Shown: positions 40,215-54,119 of the stretch, one piece after another
Layout of the letters: the number at the start of each line of letters is the position of its first letter
Position numbering within the stretch: the first letter of the stretch is position 1
From: Octopus vulgaris
Taxonomy: Eukaryota
Length of the DNA: 64,000 nucleotides
Reading direction: 5' to 3'
NCBI GenBank assembly: GCA_951406725.2
Contig: OX597828.1
Location: forward strand, 1,736,001-1,800,000
Position numbers and translations under genes: made by a program
Notes under the pieces: model-generated
What the model saw: only the letters and a program-made list of their open reading frames with translations
Told to the model about the DNA's origin: nothing
Databases searched by the model: none

Positions 40215-41778
40215 ATGACAGAAACATCTAACGTTAACCTTGACCAGCAGAATGTCGTAAAAGAATTAGACCCAGCGGAGAACTACAAGTACCTAGGGGT
40301 AATTGAAGGAGACGGAATAGGGCATTCAGTGATGAAGTAAAGGATCAGGAGAGAATGTTATCGCAGAGTAAGAGCAATACTCAAGACAGGGCTGAATGCG
40401 AGAAACAGGATCGAAGTGATCAATGCTTTAGCCATACCAGTCGTGACTTACAGTTTCAATATCGTTAACTGGTCAATTACTGAAATATGTAATCTTGACA
40501 GAAAAATACGAAAAATATTGACAATGCATAGAATGCACCACCCTAAGGCAGATACAGAACGACTTTATCTGCCAAGAAAAGAGGGAGGCCGTGGACTTTT
40601 ACAACTGGCAATAACAATGAAGATTGCTACAATTGGCCTAGACACCTACCTGAAAAACTCTGAGGATTGGATGTTAAAACTTGTCTCAAAACATGAAAAC
40701 AAGTAAGCATCATACTCAGTAACAAAACAGGCAAAGGAATATCTAAGTGAATTCCGAATACAACAAATTTCGGAATTAAACATACAAGAAACAGAAAAAG
40801 CTAAGCACAGAAAAAGCTAAGCGCATGAAAACCCGTGCTAGAACTGCGGCCTTAGATATTCTGAATGATAAATGGCAAGAAAAACCTCTCTATAGCAAAT
40901 ACCCAAAGAGGATGTTGACAAAGCCCTGACCCATCAATGGCTAATGGCCTCTGGCTTAAAATCTGAAACAGAAGGGTTTACAATGCCTACCAACAAGAAA
41001 CTACCAGGCCAACATATTAAAGAACGGCAGTAGCCCAACATGTCGTGTATGTCAACAACAAAATGAAACCATTGATCATGTTGTCTCCAAGTGCAGTCTT
41101 CTAGCGCCTACAGAGTTTCTCAACAGGCATGATAGAGCTGCACAATATATTCACTGGATAATTTGCAAAAACCTGGATTTGCCCCATGAAAAAAAAACTG
41201 TGCTTGAAAATGACCACATCTCACTCCTCTGGAACTTCACCATTCAAACGACAGAAAGATAGATGCAAATAGGCCAGACATCATATTGAAAGACTTCAGA
41301 CAAAGAACATGCCTCCTCATTGATATGACTGTCCCAATCGATATAAACGTATCTGTCAAGACCTACCAAAAACTGAGCAAATATAAAGATCTTGAAATAG
41401 AAATCAGCAAAATGTGGAACCTGAAAACTAAAACAATACCTGTTGTCATAGGTGCCCTGGTAATGATAGCGAAAGGGGCTGATTGCTACCTAACTCAGAT
41501 ACCAGGAAACCCCAAAATGGCAGAAATTCAAAAGATAGTGCTCATGGGAACTGCTCATATTCTACGCAAAATACTTTCTATGTAATCTCAGGGTTTAAAA
41601 CAAACATAATTTTCGTATTTTTTTGGGCATTCACTAGTACAACACAACCCCCCCCCCCCCCAAATATATGGCACACTAGGCATAACAACAACATGAACTT
41701 CCAACCTGTTGTCTCATGAGGTCTCTGGGTAAGACTTGGAGCCAACTTGTACAAATATAAAGCAAAAGTGAAACATAG
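40215..41778 (+). mobile_element. R4/Dong-like LINE, 5'-truncated
   Basis: YKYLG, HHPKADTERLYLPRKEGGRGL, CRVC...ETIDHV and KLSKYKDL; (AAT)n tail. Confidence 0.9.
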
Positions 41779-41796
41779 AATAATAATAATAAATAA

Positions 41797-43542
41797 TATG
41801 ATGCCTCATTCATGGATCGTTGAAAGCCTGCAGATGTTTGGTGTTGCGGACAACATCACAAATTTTCTGATGCATAGCATGACAGAGTGGAAACTGTACT
41901 CAAGTAATGTATTCCTTGCAGAAGTTAATATTAAAAGGGGGATCTTCCAAGGGGACTCGTTTTCTCTTACTATTTGTAATTGCACTAATACTAATAAGAA
42001 TGCCATTTAGGAAAGTTAAGGTAAGTTACCGATGTAGGAAGAAAGGCCAATCACTGAACCGTCTTCTGTTTATGGATGACCTGAAATTGTTTTGGAAATC
42101 TAAAAAACAGATTCCTTAACCAAAACAATCCAGAAGTGTGGTAGGGACATCAGTATGGAATTTGGGATTACCAGATGCTCAGTACTTAATATGAAAAGAG
42201 GGAAGAAAGCAGCCTGCAGAGGATTGCGGTTACCAGCAGGAGGGACCATGAGTGAACCCGACGGCAGTGGGTATGAATATTTACTGATTTTGGAGCTAGA
42301 AGACATTCTACAGGAGAAATGAAAGTCAAGGTCAGCGAGGCGTATCAAAAAAGGGTGGAGATGCTGTTGAAATCCAACCTGAATGGCAAATATTTGATTA
42401 CCGCAATGAGAATCTGGTCAGTTGCGGATGTCAGCTATAGTGCGTCCATCCTCAAATGGACTAAGGAAGAAATATCAACACTGGAGAGAAGGACGAGAAA
42501 GTTGATGACGCTGCATGGGGCTCCACACCCTAAAGCAAACGTAAACAGACTGTATATGAAAAGAAAAAATGTTGACAGAGGTTTAATTAGTATAGACCAT
42601 TGTATAAGGAGTGAAAGGAGAACGCTTGACGAGTATTTGTTAAATAGTGATGAAGACCTGCTATAATATGCCGCGAAAGATATGGGTGTAAATGCAGATG
42701 AAATGATGGGCAAGGAAGATTTTAACCAAAGAGCTGAGGAGAAGAGAATGCATGGACGGTTTGAAAGGAATACACAAGACGTTAAGCATCGTGGGCATAG
42801 CTTGAGCAAGGTGATTTGAAGCGTACCACCGAAAGCCTGATCATGGCTGCACAAGACCTGATTCTCGCTACCAATTCAGTGAAGTATAACATCTATAAAA
42901 CTTCTGAAATGCAGACTCTGTGGAAAGAGCGTGGAAAATATAACACACTTGGTAAGTGGATGTCAGAGCCTTGTCCAAAAAGAATACAAGCACCGCCACG
43001 ATAAAATATGTGTGTATCTTCAATGGTTCTTATGCCATAAATACCAATATGAAGTAACAGAGAACTGGTATGAGCATGTAGGATGGAAAAGTAACGATAC
43101 TCTGCTGGAGGATGGAAAAGTAACGCTATTCTGGGACTATGATTTTCAGACGGATCGTGTAATAGAACATCGTCGGCCAGACATTGTCATATCGAATAAG
43201 AGAGACAAATACTGTCAGATCATTGATGTAGCCATATTGTTGTGAGCAAGGAGGTTGAAAAAAACACCAAATACTCCGAATTGAAAGTGGAAATGGCAAG
43301 ACTGTATGGAATGCGAGAGAGGTAATGTAAAAGTGATACCAGTGGTGATTGGAGCGTTGGATTCAATCCCATTGAAACTTCTTAAGGCAACTGGAAATCC
43401 CATGCAAGATTGTTGTCTTGCAAAAAGCAGCCTTATTGGGCACAGCGCACATCCTAAGGAAAATATTATCTGTCTGAGGTCTTTGTTGTGACTTGACAGA
43501 TGGCTAAAGACTCCAGTGCATTCTTACCTACGCTGTGCTACG

Positions 43543-43544
<2 letters not shown>
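41797..43544 (+). mobile_element. R4/Dong-like LINE, 5'-truncated (different subfamily)
   Basis: MPHSWI, GIFQGDS, LLFMDDLKL, HPKANVNRLY and WDYDFQTDRVIEHRRPDIV; (AAT)n tail. Confidence 0.9.
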
Positions 43545-43612
<68 letters not shown>

Positions 43613-43627
43613 TAATAATAATAATAA

Positions 43628-45920
43628 GATATCAATATAACTGAGCTAATCTCTGGAAATGATGTAAGATCAAGAAAAGGCAGGAAGATTGTGAGAAAAT
43701 ATGGACACTCAACAAGAGAACTAATGTCAGCGAAAGAAACACTTAAACAAAAAGTTCAAGCAAAAGCTCAGAGAATACGCAGATTTGAGAAAAGAATCAA
43801 ATTCTATAAACAAAATAAGATGTTCAAATCCAATGCCAAATCATTTTACAGGGAAATTAGGGAAAGAAAAAAATAACCATTGAAAATCCACACCTAATGG
43901 AAGAAGTTGAAAACTTTTGGAAGGGGATCTAGAGTGATGAGAAACCATACAATGGAAATGCAGAGTGGATCAAATGCACCCAAGATGACTACAAAAATCT
44001 ACAAGAACAGGTATGGGAAGACATCTCAATCGCTGACCTAAGGAGGGCACTAACGAAGGCGCTCATAAGTGGAAATCCCCTGGTATTGATAGAGTACCAA
44101 TTTCTGGCTCTCATCACTCTCGTCCGCACACAACATGTTAGTAATACTATTTAATAGTATTATGAAAGACCCCGAAAAAACACCACATTGGATGGCAAAT
44201 GGTATTACTTACCTCCTCCCACAAAATAACAAAACGAAAGGCCCAAAAAACTACCGGCCTATAACATGTTTATCTACTACCTATAAGATTTTGACATCTA
44301 TTCTAGTAGAGAAAACATATAAGTTTATGGAAGAGAACAACCTCTTTCCCACTGAACAAAAAGGATGCAGACGAGGCTCATACAGATGCAAAGATCAGCT
44401 CCTAATTAATCGCATGATCCTTGAGAACTGCCATAACAAGCGCAGAATTGGAGCTTCGCGTTCCATTCTAATGGAGTATTGCGCTCAAACAACATTAGCA
44501 TAAACTGTGGCATTTTCCAAGGTGAGTCACTTTCACCACTAATTTTCTGCATAGCACTAATACCACTCTCAAGTGAACTGAATAGAACAGAGTATGTCTA
44601 CTAAATTCACAACAGGAAAATAAGCCATCTATTTTACATGGATGATTTAAAACTATATGGCAAAGATGATGAAGAGCTTGAAGGACTACTACATACTGTG
44701 AAAGGATTCAGTGATAATATCGGGATGGATTTTGGCCTTGAAAAGCCTTGAAAAGTCAAGTTCAATCGAATTAGATATCGAAATAGTAAGAAAGGAACTT
44801 GAGCAGGAACAAACCTATAAATACCTAGGAATAAATGAAGGCTCTGGTATCCAGCATGCAAGCATGAAAGAGAAGGTTAGGAAGGAATGTTATAGAAGAG
44901 TTCGAGCAGTCCTGAAGTCTGAGCTGAGTGCATATAATAAGGTGTTAGTCATAAATTCCTTAGCAGTCTCAGTTTTTCTTTATAGCTTCAATGTGCTTAA
45001 CTGGAATACCAGTGAAATAATGAAAATTGACAGAAAAATCCGCAAGCTACTGACTTGTAATAAGATGCACCATCCAAAGGCAGACGTGGATCGTCTTTAC
45101 CTTCCCAGAGCTCAGGGAGGTCGAGGCTTGATCCAGCTTGAACTTACTTACAAAACCACCACAATCGGACTGGCCAAATACCTTGAAACAACCAACGATT
45201 GGATACAAAACATGAAAGACCGAAAAGACTTCTCTCTATTCTGAAAGGGAGCAAAACATTCACTACTGATGTCTTAGATACCTGCCAGATTGATCAGGTT
45301 GAAGGAAATGCGCCAACCGCTACTGCAAAGAAAATAAAATTAGTAGCAAAGATAAAAGCACATGAAAACTAGCTAGCTGGTGGGAACAGAAACCTCTCCA
45401 TGGCAAGTATGTGGTCCGTAGCAAACAAGCTGATGTCGACTAGAAACACACGCATCAATGGTTACGAAGCTCAGGGCTAAAAGCAGAGAGTAATGGTTTC
45501 ATATTAGCTGCTCAAGACCAAAGCTTATTAACGCGGAACTACCAAGTTAATGTGATAAAAAATGGAGCTGACTCCAAATGCCGATTCTGTAACGATGAGA
45601 TTGAAGCAATAGACCACCTAATCTCAGCACCTGCAGAATATAAAGCAAGGCATGACAGAGTCGGCCAGTATTTACATTGGACAATATGTTGGCATTATGA
45701 AATCAAAACCGCTGACAAATTGTCTAAACACCATCCTGAAGCTGTGACTGAGGGAGAAAATGTGTCTATTCTATAGAACTTCACCGTACACACCGACAAA
45801 GCTATAAAAGCTAATAAACCGGATATTATTATAAAAGATCAGACAAAAAAATTGATTTCCTGTGTTTATTAACTGACATGAGTATTCCTTGCGATCACAA
45901 TATAGCGGCGAAAGAATTAT
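43628..45920 (+). mobile_element. R4/Dong-like LINE, truncated at both ends
   Basis: KNYRPITCL, EQKGCRR, YMDDLKL, YKYLG, HHPKADVDRLYLPR, CRFC and RHDRV. Confidence 0.9.
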
Positions 45921-46242
45921 ATACGTTAAACAGTATTTGATCTTTTTCAAATTACTGCTTAATCAACAATTCTTAACATAAACATTCATTTTTCAATCCT
46001 AAATTATAACATCTCTTTCGGAATGTATTTCAAGGGCATTAGCTTTAAACTTGATTAGGATATTTTAGGATATTTTAAATTCAGCAAAACCATTAGGGGC
46101 GTGAAAAACATAAATTCTAAATCTCTTTACGCGAGGCACTTTGAATACTATTAACAAAACCTTATTAAATTAGTACAAATTGCAAATATAAGATATTAAG
46201 AATATTTGAAAAGTATAGATGAAACCAGTTTATATGAGACTT

Positions 46243-46274
<32 letters not shown>

Positions 46275-46330
46275 TGTATGTATGTATGTGCTAGCATGTG
46301 TGTGATTTTTCTAGAGTGTATGTATGTATG

Positions 46331-46377
<47 letters not shown>

Positions 46378-46485
46378 ATGTATGTATGTGTATATATATA
46401 TATATATATATTATCACTGTGGAAACCATGTAGGCAGACGGTAAGAAGCTTTTGTTCGTCTCGAGGCTGATAGAGGTTCCTTGTA

Positions 46486-46566
46486 TTTCCTGATGAGAAG
46501 ACGGCATAATGCAACCTTCATTCCTTCGGAATTAAGAATATGCAGTCTTCGAAACATATGTCGAAA
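46486..46566 (+). ncRNA. Type I hammerhead ribozyme motif with extended stem II
   Basis: TTTC-CTGATGA-GAAGACGGCATA-(loop)-TATGCAGTCTTC-GAAAC-ATAT-GTC-GAAA. Intact core, GUC triplet at 46560-46562, palindromic stem III ACATATGT. Lies in a ~200-bp insert between (TA)n tracts. Confidence 0.85.
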
Positions 46567-46615
46567 GTAAGGGAATTTTGATAAAATCTTCGTTCGACTC
46601 CATTCTTTTCATTTA

Positions 46616-46659
<44 letters not shown>

Positions 46660-47036
46660 TAATTGTATTTATAACTATATATGTGTGTGTGTGTGAGCGT
46701 ATATTTGAATATTTATATATCTATGTGTGCATGCGTGTGTGTCTGTGTGTATGTGTGTAAGATTCAATATGGTCGTGGCACAGAGAGTTGATTAGCACGA
46801 GTACAGACAAGGTTTATATAGGTAGCACAAATTAGATAATAATGGACGAATAGAGTTTATTAATCAATGCGTTGAATACACTCCGTCCCGAATTTGAAAT
46901 TGCAATAAGATGACCGCCACTCTACAACTGCAGTATATAACAACACTTACTAATTATATACCTGTCCCTCTTTCGTACAATTATATGTGTTTTTTATATA
47001 TGTTTATATATGCATACTACATATCGATGCGCGCGC

Positions 47037-47067
<31 letters not shown>

Positions 47068-50000
47068 TGTGCATGTATGAAAATATTTACCAAAAGAAAA
47101 ACTAACCGTCAATTTTTATTTTGAGACTTTTGAGTATGTTGAGACTTTTATAGTTATTTAGCATTCTATTGTAATATAACACTTGGCCAAATGACCTTTT
47201 TCTCTTCTAAAAAATATAGAACCTTTCATTTAATTACACAGCAAGAAATATTTGTTAATTTCAAAGGTGCAAAGCAATCAGCTCTGTTAAAGGCTAACAG
47301 CGTTTCTGGTTGTTGGTACAGACTACCTTCACTTTCCAAATTAAAAAGTTTACATAAATGCGGCATGAGATTAAGACATGAAAGATATTGAAAAGGTCAC
47401 AGGCGTACTATTACCCTCTGTTTGAAATTATTTACCTGCGTGTGCAAGTTGTCATAAGTTGTGCGAAACAGGCCAAGCACAATTAACAGCCGCAATCCAT
47501 TTTGTCACGAAGTCATGTCTATTGTGCTTAGAGATCAATAAATTTTTCTCCTTGTTTTCATGAAAGAGAGTGTCTCTTGATACATACGTTCAGACACCTG
47601 TATTGCACAACAGTTTAAGACCCAGTAAATTATGTTTGTTTTTTAAAATTTTCTGTAGTATCTGTTCTTTCTCATTACATTTTTGATCTCTTTTCAACAA
47701 TGTTGTCTTACATGATGACATTTCAAAGTATGAAAAGCAGAGTATGAAACTTAGTTTTCTAAAAGTCAACTGCTAAAACAGGTGTCTGACATTCGCTCGA
47801 TTGTTTAACTTATATCAGTTTCCTTTGACATAATGTTCTATTATAAGTGAGGATACAGAATTTTAGAACGATCACGACTTTCTCAATGTCATACAATGTA
47901 TAAGGATAATAAAACAGCAGCAGCAAAATCTTACGCTGTCAACACCTGAAAATCAGCAACAGTACACCAAACCCCATCGATGTTTCGGCTGGTTTTCAAC
48001 ATTTTGCGATACTGGACATTATAAATACTTATTTGGAATACGAATGTGGAAGAAGAACCTTGAATGGACTTCTCTCTGAAATGAGTATTTCTGATGGCTA
48101 GTATCCTGTTTAGTGAAGAATATTATTAGGGTCTTTGACTCTGTCGTTAAGACCTTCGTTTCGGGTTCAGTCTCATTGTGTAGTCGCTTAGGCAAAGAAT
48201 TTATACTACAGCCCTGGGTCGACCAAAGTATTGTGGGTGGATTTGTTTTATAGAAACTGAAAGAGGACTTGTATGTATATATACTGTATGCATTATACAT
48301 ATATATTCACATATTGCAATCACCAACAGTCTTTTACGTCTGTAATGCACATTTAAGGCATCAATACTAATACACACACACATATATGCACACGCGCGCG
48401 CGCGCACATACACATGCATGCAAGCACTCCATCAAGAAAACGTAATGAGAAATATTGTTAACGGAAAGAATTCGTAAAGTTCTGATGTTGTACAATATAC
48501 TTCAAAAATATAAACATTTTTGCTATAAATTGCATAAATTGAAAATATATTCTTTCAAGATCTTCGGTTAATGCAACAAATAAACTGAAAAATATTTGTT
48601 CTTAGTGTAAGGTAACCTAATTTTCATATATATTAAGAGACTCTTTCTCACTTTCTCTTTTTCTCCCCCCTCTCTCTCTCTTTCTTACTCTGAGTGTAAG
48701 GGATACTAAAATAAGGAAAGACAGAAATTAGAAAAGTCAGCGATAAACAGTTAAAGGTGTCACAATTTTCACTTGGTGGTAAGCTATCTGAATCGTTAGC
48801 ACGCCGGTCAAAATGCTTAGCTGCGTTTCTTCCGGTTTTACTATCTGAGTTCAATTGCTATCAAGGTCAATTTACATTTCATTATTTCGGGGTCGATAAA
48901 ATAATTCCCAGTTGAGTATGGGGTTGATGTAATCAACTAGGCCCCTCCCAACAAAACTTTCTGGTCTTGTCCTAAAATTTGAAACCGTTATTTTAATTTA
49001 AAGGCAGCAGCTAATAGAATTAGGAGTGTGACGAACAGAATGCTTAATAACATTTAGTTATGTATCTTTATGTTCTTGGTTGGCAATGCTCCGAGCACAA
49101 TTTCTTTCGTCGCTTTGGAAGCGATAAAATATTGGGTCAATAAAATATTGTAGTCGTGATAAACTTCAACGTTCCTTTCCAACGATATGTTACATGATTT
49201 CTTCTTGAAATAAGGGCGATATTTTCCAGAATCGTTAAAATATTATAGAAAATGTTATGAAGTATTTAGTTACAATTCTTTATGTTATGGGTTCCAATCC
49301 CATCGGAGTCGGCTTTACTTTTTAGCTTTCCGGGGTGGATGTAAAGAAGTACCAGACATATATTAGATCATTATAACTTGATAGTCTCTCCGTTAACTGA
49401 GACATTATTAGAAATTATTGTTTCTACTTGAACTGGTTGCAAGAGGGTAGAATCGTTAGCACGTCGGACAAAATACTTAGCGGTATTTCCTTCGTCTTTA
49501 CGCTCTGAATTCAAATGCCGCCGTTGTTGATTTTTTTGCCTTTCGGTTTGATGAAATAAGTATCTCTCAAGAACTGGGGTCGATGTAATCGACTACCTCC
49601 CTCTCCCCTAAATTCAGACCTTCTGCCTATTAAAGAATTATTTCTACTTGAACGTTTCTGTCAAAATGAGAGAATAAAAGTGCATTTTCTTTGTACATTT
49701 CCTAATAGACATGTTTTTATACTATAAAATGGAACATTCTCTGATTGTCATATTTAGCTCAGAATGTGAAATTATTTCTGAATTTGTTAGCTACAGTATT
49801 ACGCGTAACACGCCAATATTTTTCTGATTGGAATAACAAATGTACTGAGAAAAAGTTTATGAAAAGCGTATGATATAGATTTAAAATGAAATTTGAATCA
49901 TAACCCAAATTCTCTCTCTCTCGTTTTGTAATTGTGAATTTCCTCATCCTCTTTCTATTTTACATTCATGATTAACCTGCTTTGACTACCAGTCAACTAG

Positions 50001-51419
50001 ATTTTGTAAAATTTGCTATAACTGCCAACCTACTATGCTAACATGCATTCAGTACTGCTGGCCTCAATAAATAAATATGGTGTATATTTTAGCTGTAATT
50101 TCTTCTTGAAATTGACACGCTTCCAAATCTCGTAAGACCTTATTCAAGCTAAATTACATATCGTTTTTCATTGATGCCAACGTCTCACTAATTTTTATAG
50201 CACTTCTCTCCCACCATTATTTATCTATCTATTTATAAAACTCTCTGTGCAAAATATTGTTTAAAACTATTTACAGCAATTTTATTAAGGCAAAACAAAT
50301 AAAACAGGATCTGTGAGAAAAGAGGACGAAGTAGCTATGATTGTAAAGTGGCAATTAGGAATTGAATTATTTCCCCATAGTTGTATTTCATTATATTATA
50401 TTTTTTTAAACATGTAATAAATGAAAACAATAATTAACAGATACTGCAAAGTAGACAACGGTTGAGTTAATGTGTAGTTACTTATTTGAATTCAAGTAGC
50501 AAGTTATTCTTTTGTAGAAATTGTCTTCTTGAAAGTTCCTCAGTTCTCTTTTCGGGAATCAATTCTATGTTCATATTTATTCGTGTTGTGAGGTTGTAGT
50601 CATTAAATTCTTCTTTACGAACACAATTCACTCTTGTTATATCGCGATTCTATGACGAATGTTCTCGTTAACAGATCTGCGACCTGGTTTTGATTTCCTG
50701 TCATAGCATTTGTCACTTAACACGTGTTTTTAGAAAAGCATGACATATTATAATATTCTTCTTCCGGCATATACACGAGCAGAATTATGCTGATGCATTT
50801 TCTTTATAATTTAAATACATAATTTAATTTTAAATATTTAGATTTAAACCAAACCCTTCCAACTTCTATAGTGTACCAATGTACAATTTTGACTTGTTTC
50901 CCCTTTCCTTTGCAGAATGTTTACAAAAGCCTTTGAATTAAGTGACGTGACATTTCCTTATCTCACTTTATATAAGTTCCCCACAAAAAGCCTGGATAGT
51001 TTCAACTACTAAACCATTATTTAATTTTATTATATTTCTTCATAATTTTCCCAGTATCTTTAAAAATTTCATAAAATTTCTGTGTCAATTTTTCCCAACA
51101 ATTACTTTAATTGGGCACGTAATTATAATTTTGCTCCCGCTCTTAACTACGATGATTTCATTACATCTGTTATTGCTTAGTTACTGCTGGAGCAACATGA
51201 TCCTAACTGACCAATGTGGGTTAAATCCTCTCTAAACTAAACTATTTTCTTTTACCTTTGCTTTCGAATATCCAAGGACCTGGTTTACGTTTTCACGGCC
51301 ACGAAACTATGAGTAACATGAGGAGCTAAACTGTTACTCAATAGATACAGTTTATATATTTTCGAGTGCTATTTCCGTTCGTTTGTTCAATCACTCGTAC
51401 CAGACATATATATTTGCTT

Positions 51420-51900
51420 GAATTGCATAATCTATGTTGAATGCTACCCACAAATTATAGATAAACAGTTGAAAGCTCTATTTGATACGGTTCATGAAGA
51501 AGATAGAAAGTGTTATCAAGTATTGTGCCCGGGAAAGCATCCTTCGGGAACAGGTCGATTGCAGATCCGCGGATAAATTCGGTTTCGAATCACATGCCTT
51601 TTCCAGATAAAATATTTTAAAAACTTCGACGTGGATTTGATGAACATCCTCAAAAAGGTAAGATTTCAGCATCATCCTGATTTTTCTGCATACTTTGAAC
51701 AATTGCTTCAAGCAATCACCCAATGTTCATATTCTCAGTAATAGAAGAAAAATGAATTAGGAAACAAATGTATCTACACAGAACAGACTCCTTTCTAACA
51801 CCATCGCCAAAATATGAAAACCAGAATATCAACATGCAACAAAATAATCATCTGAGCAAAGAAATTAGCCACTCGTCGTAAGTTAGAAAATTATGTGGAC
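51420..51900 (-). mobile_element. Degenerate mariner-like C-terminal remnant
   Basis: LKSYLFEDVHQI...FFMNRIK resembles mariner transposase C-termini; weak. Confidence 0.3.
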
Positions 51901-52284
51901 CGCTCTCCATGAGCTTCTATATATCATGCTTAAGGATCACAAACCCAACTTCCTTTTTAACTTTAAATGCAGGGTAATTTTTCAAAGTTTTCTTTGAAAT
52001 CTTGTTTTCAACGATATCGTTTACAATTTTGGCCCCCAAATCTTGATCTACAATCCTCCTTCCACACACACATACACGTACACTTTTTTGGTTGTTCACA
52101 TTTATCGAAAATTTCTTGAGAATCTATGTGAAAAAATACAGATATTCTTAAAAAAAATATTTTCAAAATTTCAATGTTTAAAAAAAAACTACTCCACCCG
52201 CCTTCCCTGATTTTGAAATAGCTACCCCACCCTCATACCAACATTATGGACGTTTCAAAACTCGACCGTTGGGTTCCTCATGTA

Positions 52285-52347
52285 TAGATGTCTGATGAGT
52301 CAGCAGACGAAATGAGGGCAGCTTTCGTTGTGTTCGCTCATCATGTT
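52285..52347 (+). ncRNA. Hammerhead-like motif (type I, long stem III)
   Basis: CTGATGA-GTC-AGCA-GAC-GAAA-TGAG...CTCA-TC. Core intact with an AUC triplet; stem I (GATGT/ATGTT) is weak, with GU pairs. Confidence 0.55.
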
Positions 52348-52753
52348 GAAATAACAGCCAGTTCTCTGAAAAATAATATTTTTTTCCTAAATTTCGTTTT
52401 TTATATCATCTCTTCTTCTGGCTCTTCTAATAATGACGTCTGCTCCACAGAAATATAGATTAATGACCTGTAGTGACACCGCATTTCGTTATGCAATCAT
52501 AATATACTACGAAGTATATTAAACTTTTTATAAGCCAGTACTGTGTTCTACTTTTTCTGTAGACAATCTTTACAGATAGCCTTAACAAGTCGAAATATAG
52601 AATGCATTAGCACAGCTATTCTCATCCCCCCACCTACATAGAAATTTCAGGCAAATCTTTTTCCCAACCCTCTCTATTATATATATTATACATACACATA
52701 CACACTCACATACATACACACACACACACACAAACACACGCACACACACACAC

Positions 52754-52799
<46 letters not shown>

Positions 52800-52809
52800 G
52801 TAAATATAT

Positions 52810-53038
52810 AATAATTCCTCACCATATCGCGGTTCACCTATCGCCTGTTCATCTATCGCAGTTTATTATTTAAGCTTACGTCGATTTCTTCGTGCTGTTG
52901 TTTTGCATTTATAATAAAATAGATATATACAAATTATGAAAATAAAAAAATACAGTACAGTACTGCTTCTACTTTGCGGATTTCCACCTATCGCGGGGGT
53001 TCTTGAGACGTAACACCTGCGATAGTCGTGGGATTATT
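52810..53038. mobile_element. pogo/Tigger-like MITE
   Basis: Imperfect TIRs ATAATTCCTCACCATATCGCGG and CTGCGATAGTCGTGGGATTAT; internal TATCGC repeats. Confidence 0.55.
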
Positions 53039-54119
53039 ACCACATGCACACACACACATATACACTTCATCATGATTTTACGTCCATGTTCCACGCTGGA
53101 ATAGGTTGGATGGTTTAACAGTACCTGGTGAGTCTAAGGACTGAATTGTGTCTACTTTGGCATGCATCCATCATACACCCATTCCCAAAGGTTACACTGG
53201 CACATTTTACCTGCTGCTGGATCTCCTCATCTATATCTGTGATCGGTGATTGATGAATATTTAAGTGAATGTGTTCTTTAGAAGGCGAAATAAGCTTGCA
53301 TCCATATAATTGTGTTTTCCACGCCTGTGTTAAATGCTTCAACTCATGAAAACATCAAACACACACACAAAAACAAAAATATTTAAGCCTTCAGCTCAAA
53401 ACACTGATTAATGTGAATTTGTAAAATTAAAGATTCATTATAATTTTTTTTCCATAGATGCACCTTCAAGGATTCTTATAGACTTGCAATTGGTTCATGC
53501 TGACTACAAAAGTTTCTTATCAGTTGGTTTGCTTCATGGTTTTCCTTTATGATTTCAATGACATCCAATGTTTTTCATTGGTTGAAAAGATGCCTCCGGA
53601 GTGTTGTGAGGATTAAAAAGGAGGCTGACAAATCACCATTTTTTAAAACACTTAGATCATTACACTCACAGTTTTATTATGACGTATTAAGTGATCATTA
53701 TTTTCTTAATCCAATAGTTCTTCAGTGACTCGAAGTTTTCTGCAGAATTCCTGGATATCATTTTGCATATCATTAAGGATTTCTATTGGAATGTTCCTCC
53801 TTTGTCTCAGACTCCTCAGTGGAATTTTAATATAATTTATTTTATTCTAAATTTATAAAATTTATATTTTTTACGATAGTTTAAACTTTGAAAAAAAATT
53901 TTTTCGATCTTGTATACTTCTTGAGTTTTGTCTCAATAACAATTTTGGCTTTTAAGCGTTGCATGTAAAAAATAAGTGGACTAGCAGGGAAATCTATCTA
54001 TTAATACATGTATGTATTTGTATATATAAATGTTTGCATCAGTGTATATATATATTAGTTTGAGTATGCACTTGTGCATATGTGTGTATATAAGAATGCC
54101 TGTGTGCATATATGCAAGA

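Noticed and set aside
47430-48020. Donor-like sites (CAG|GTAAAT, GC|GTAAGA) as a candidate first exon
   Set aside because: Stops or wrong phase in the frames tested; cannot be supported without RNA data.
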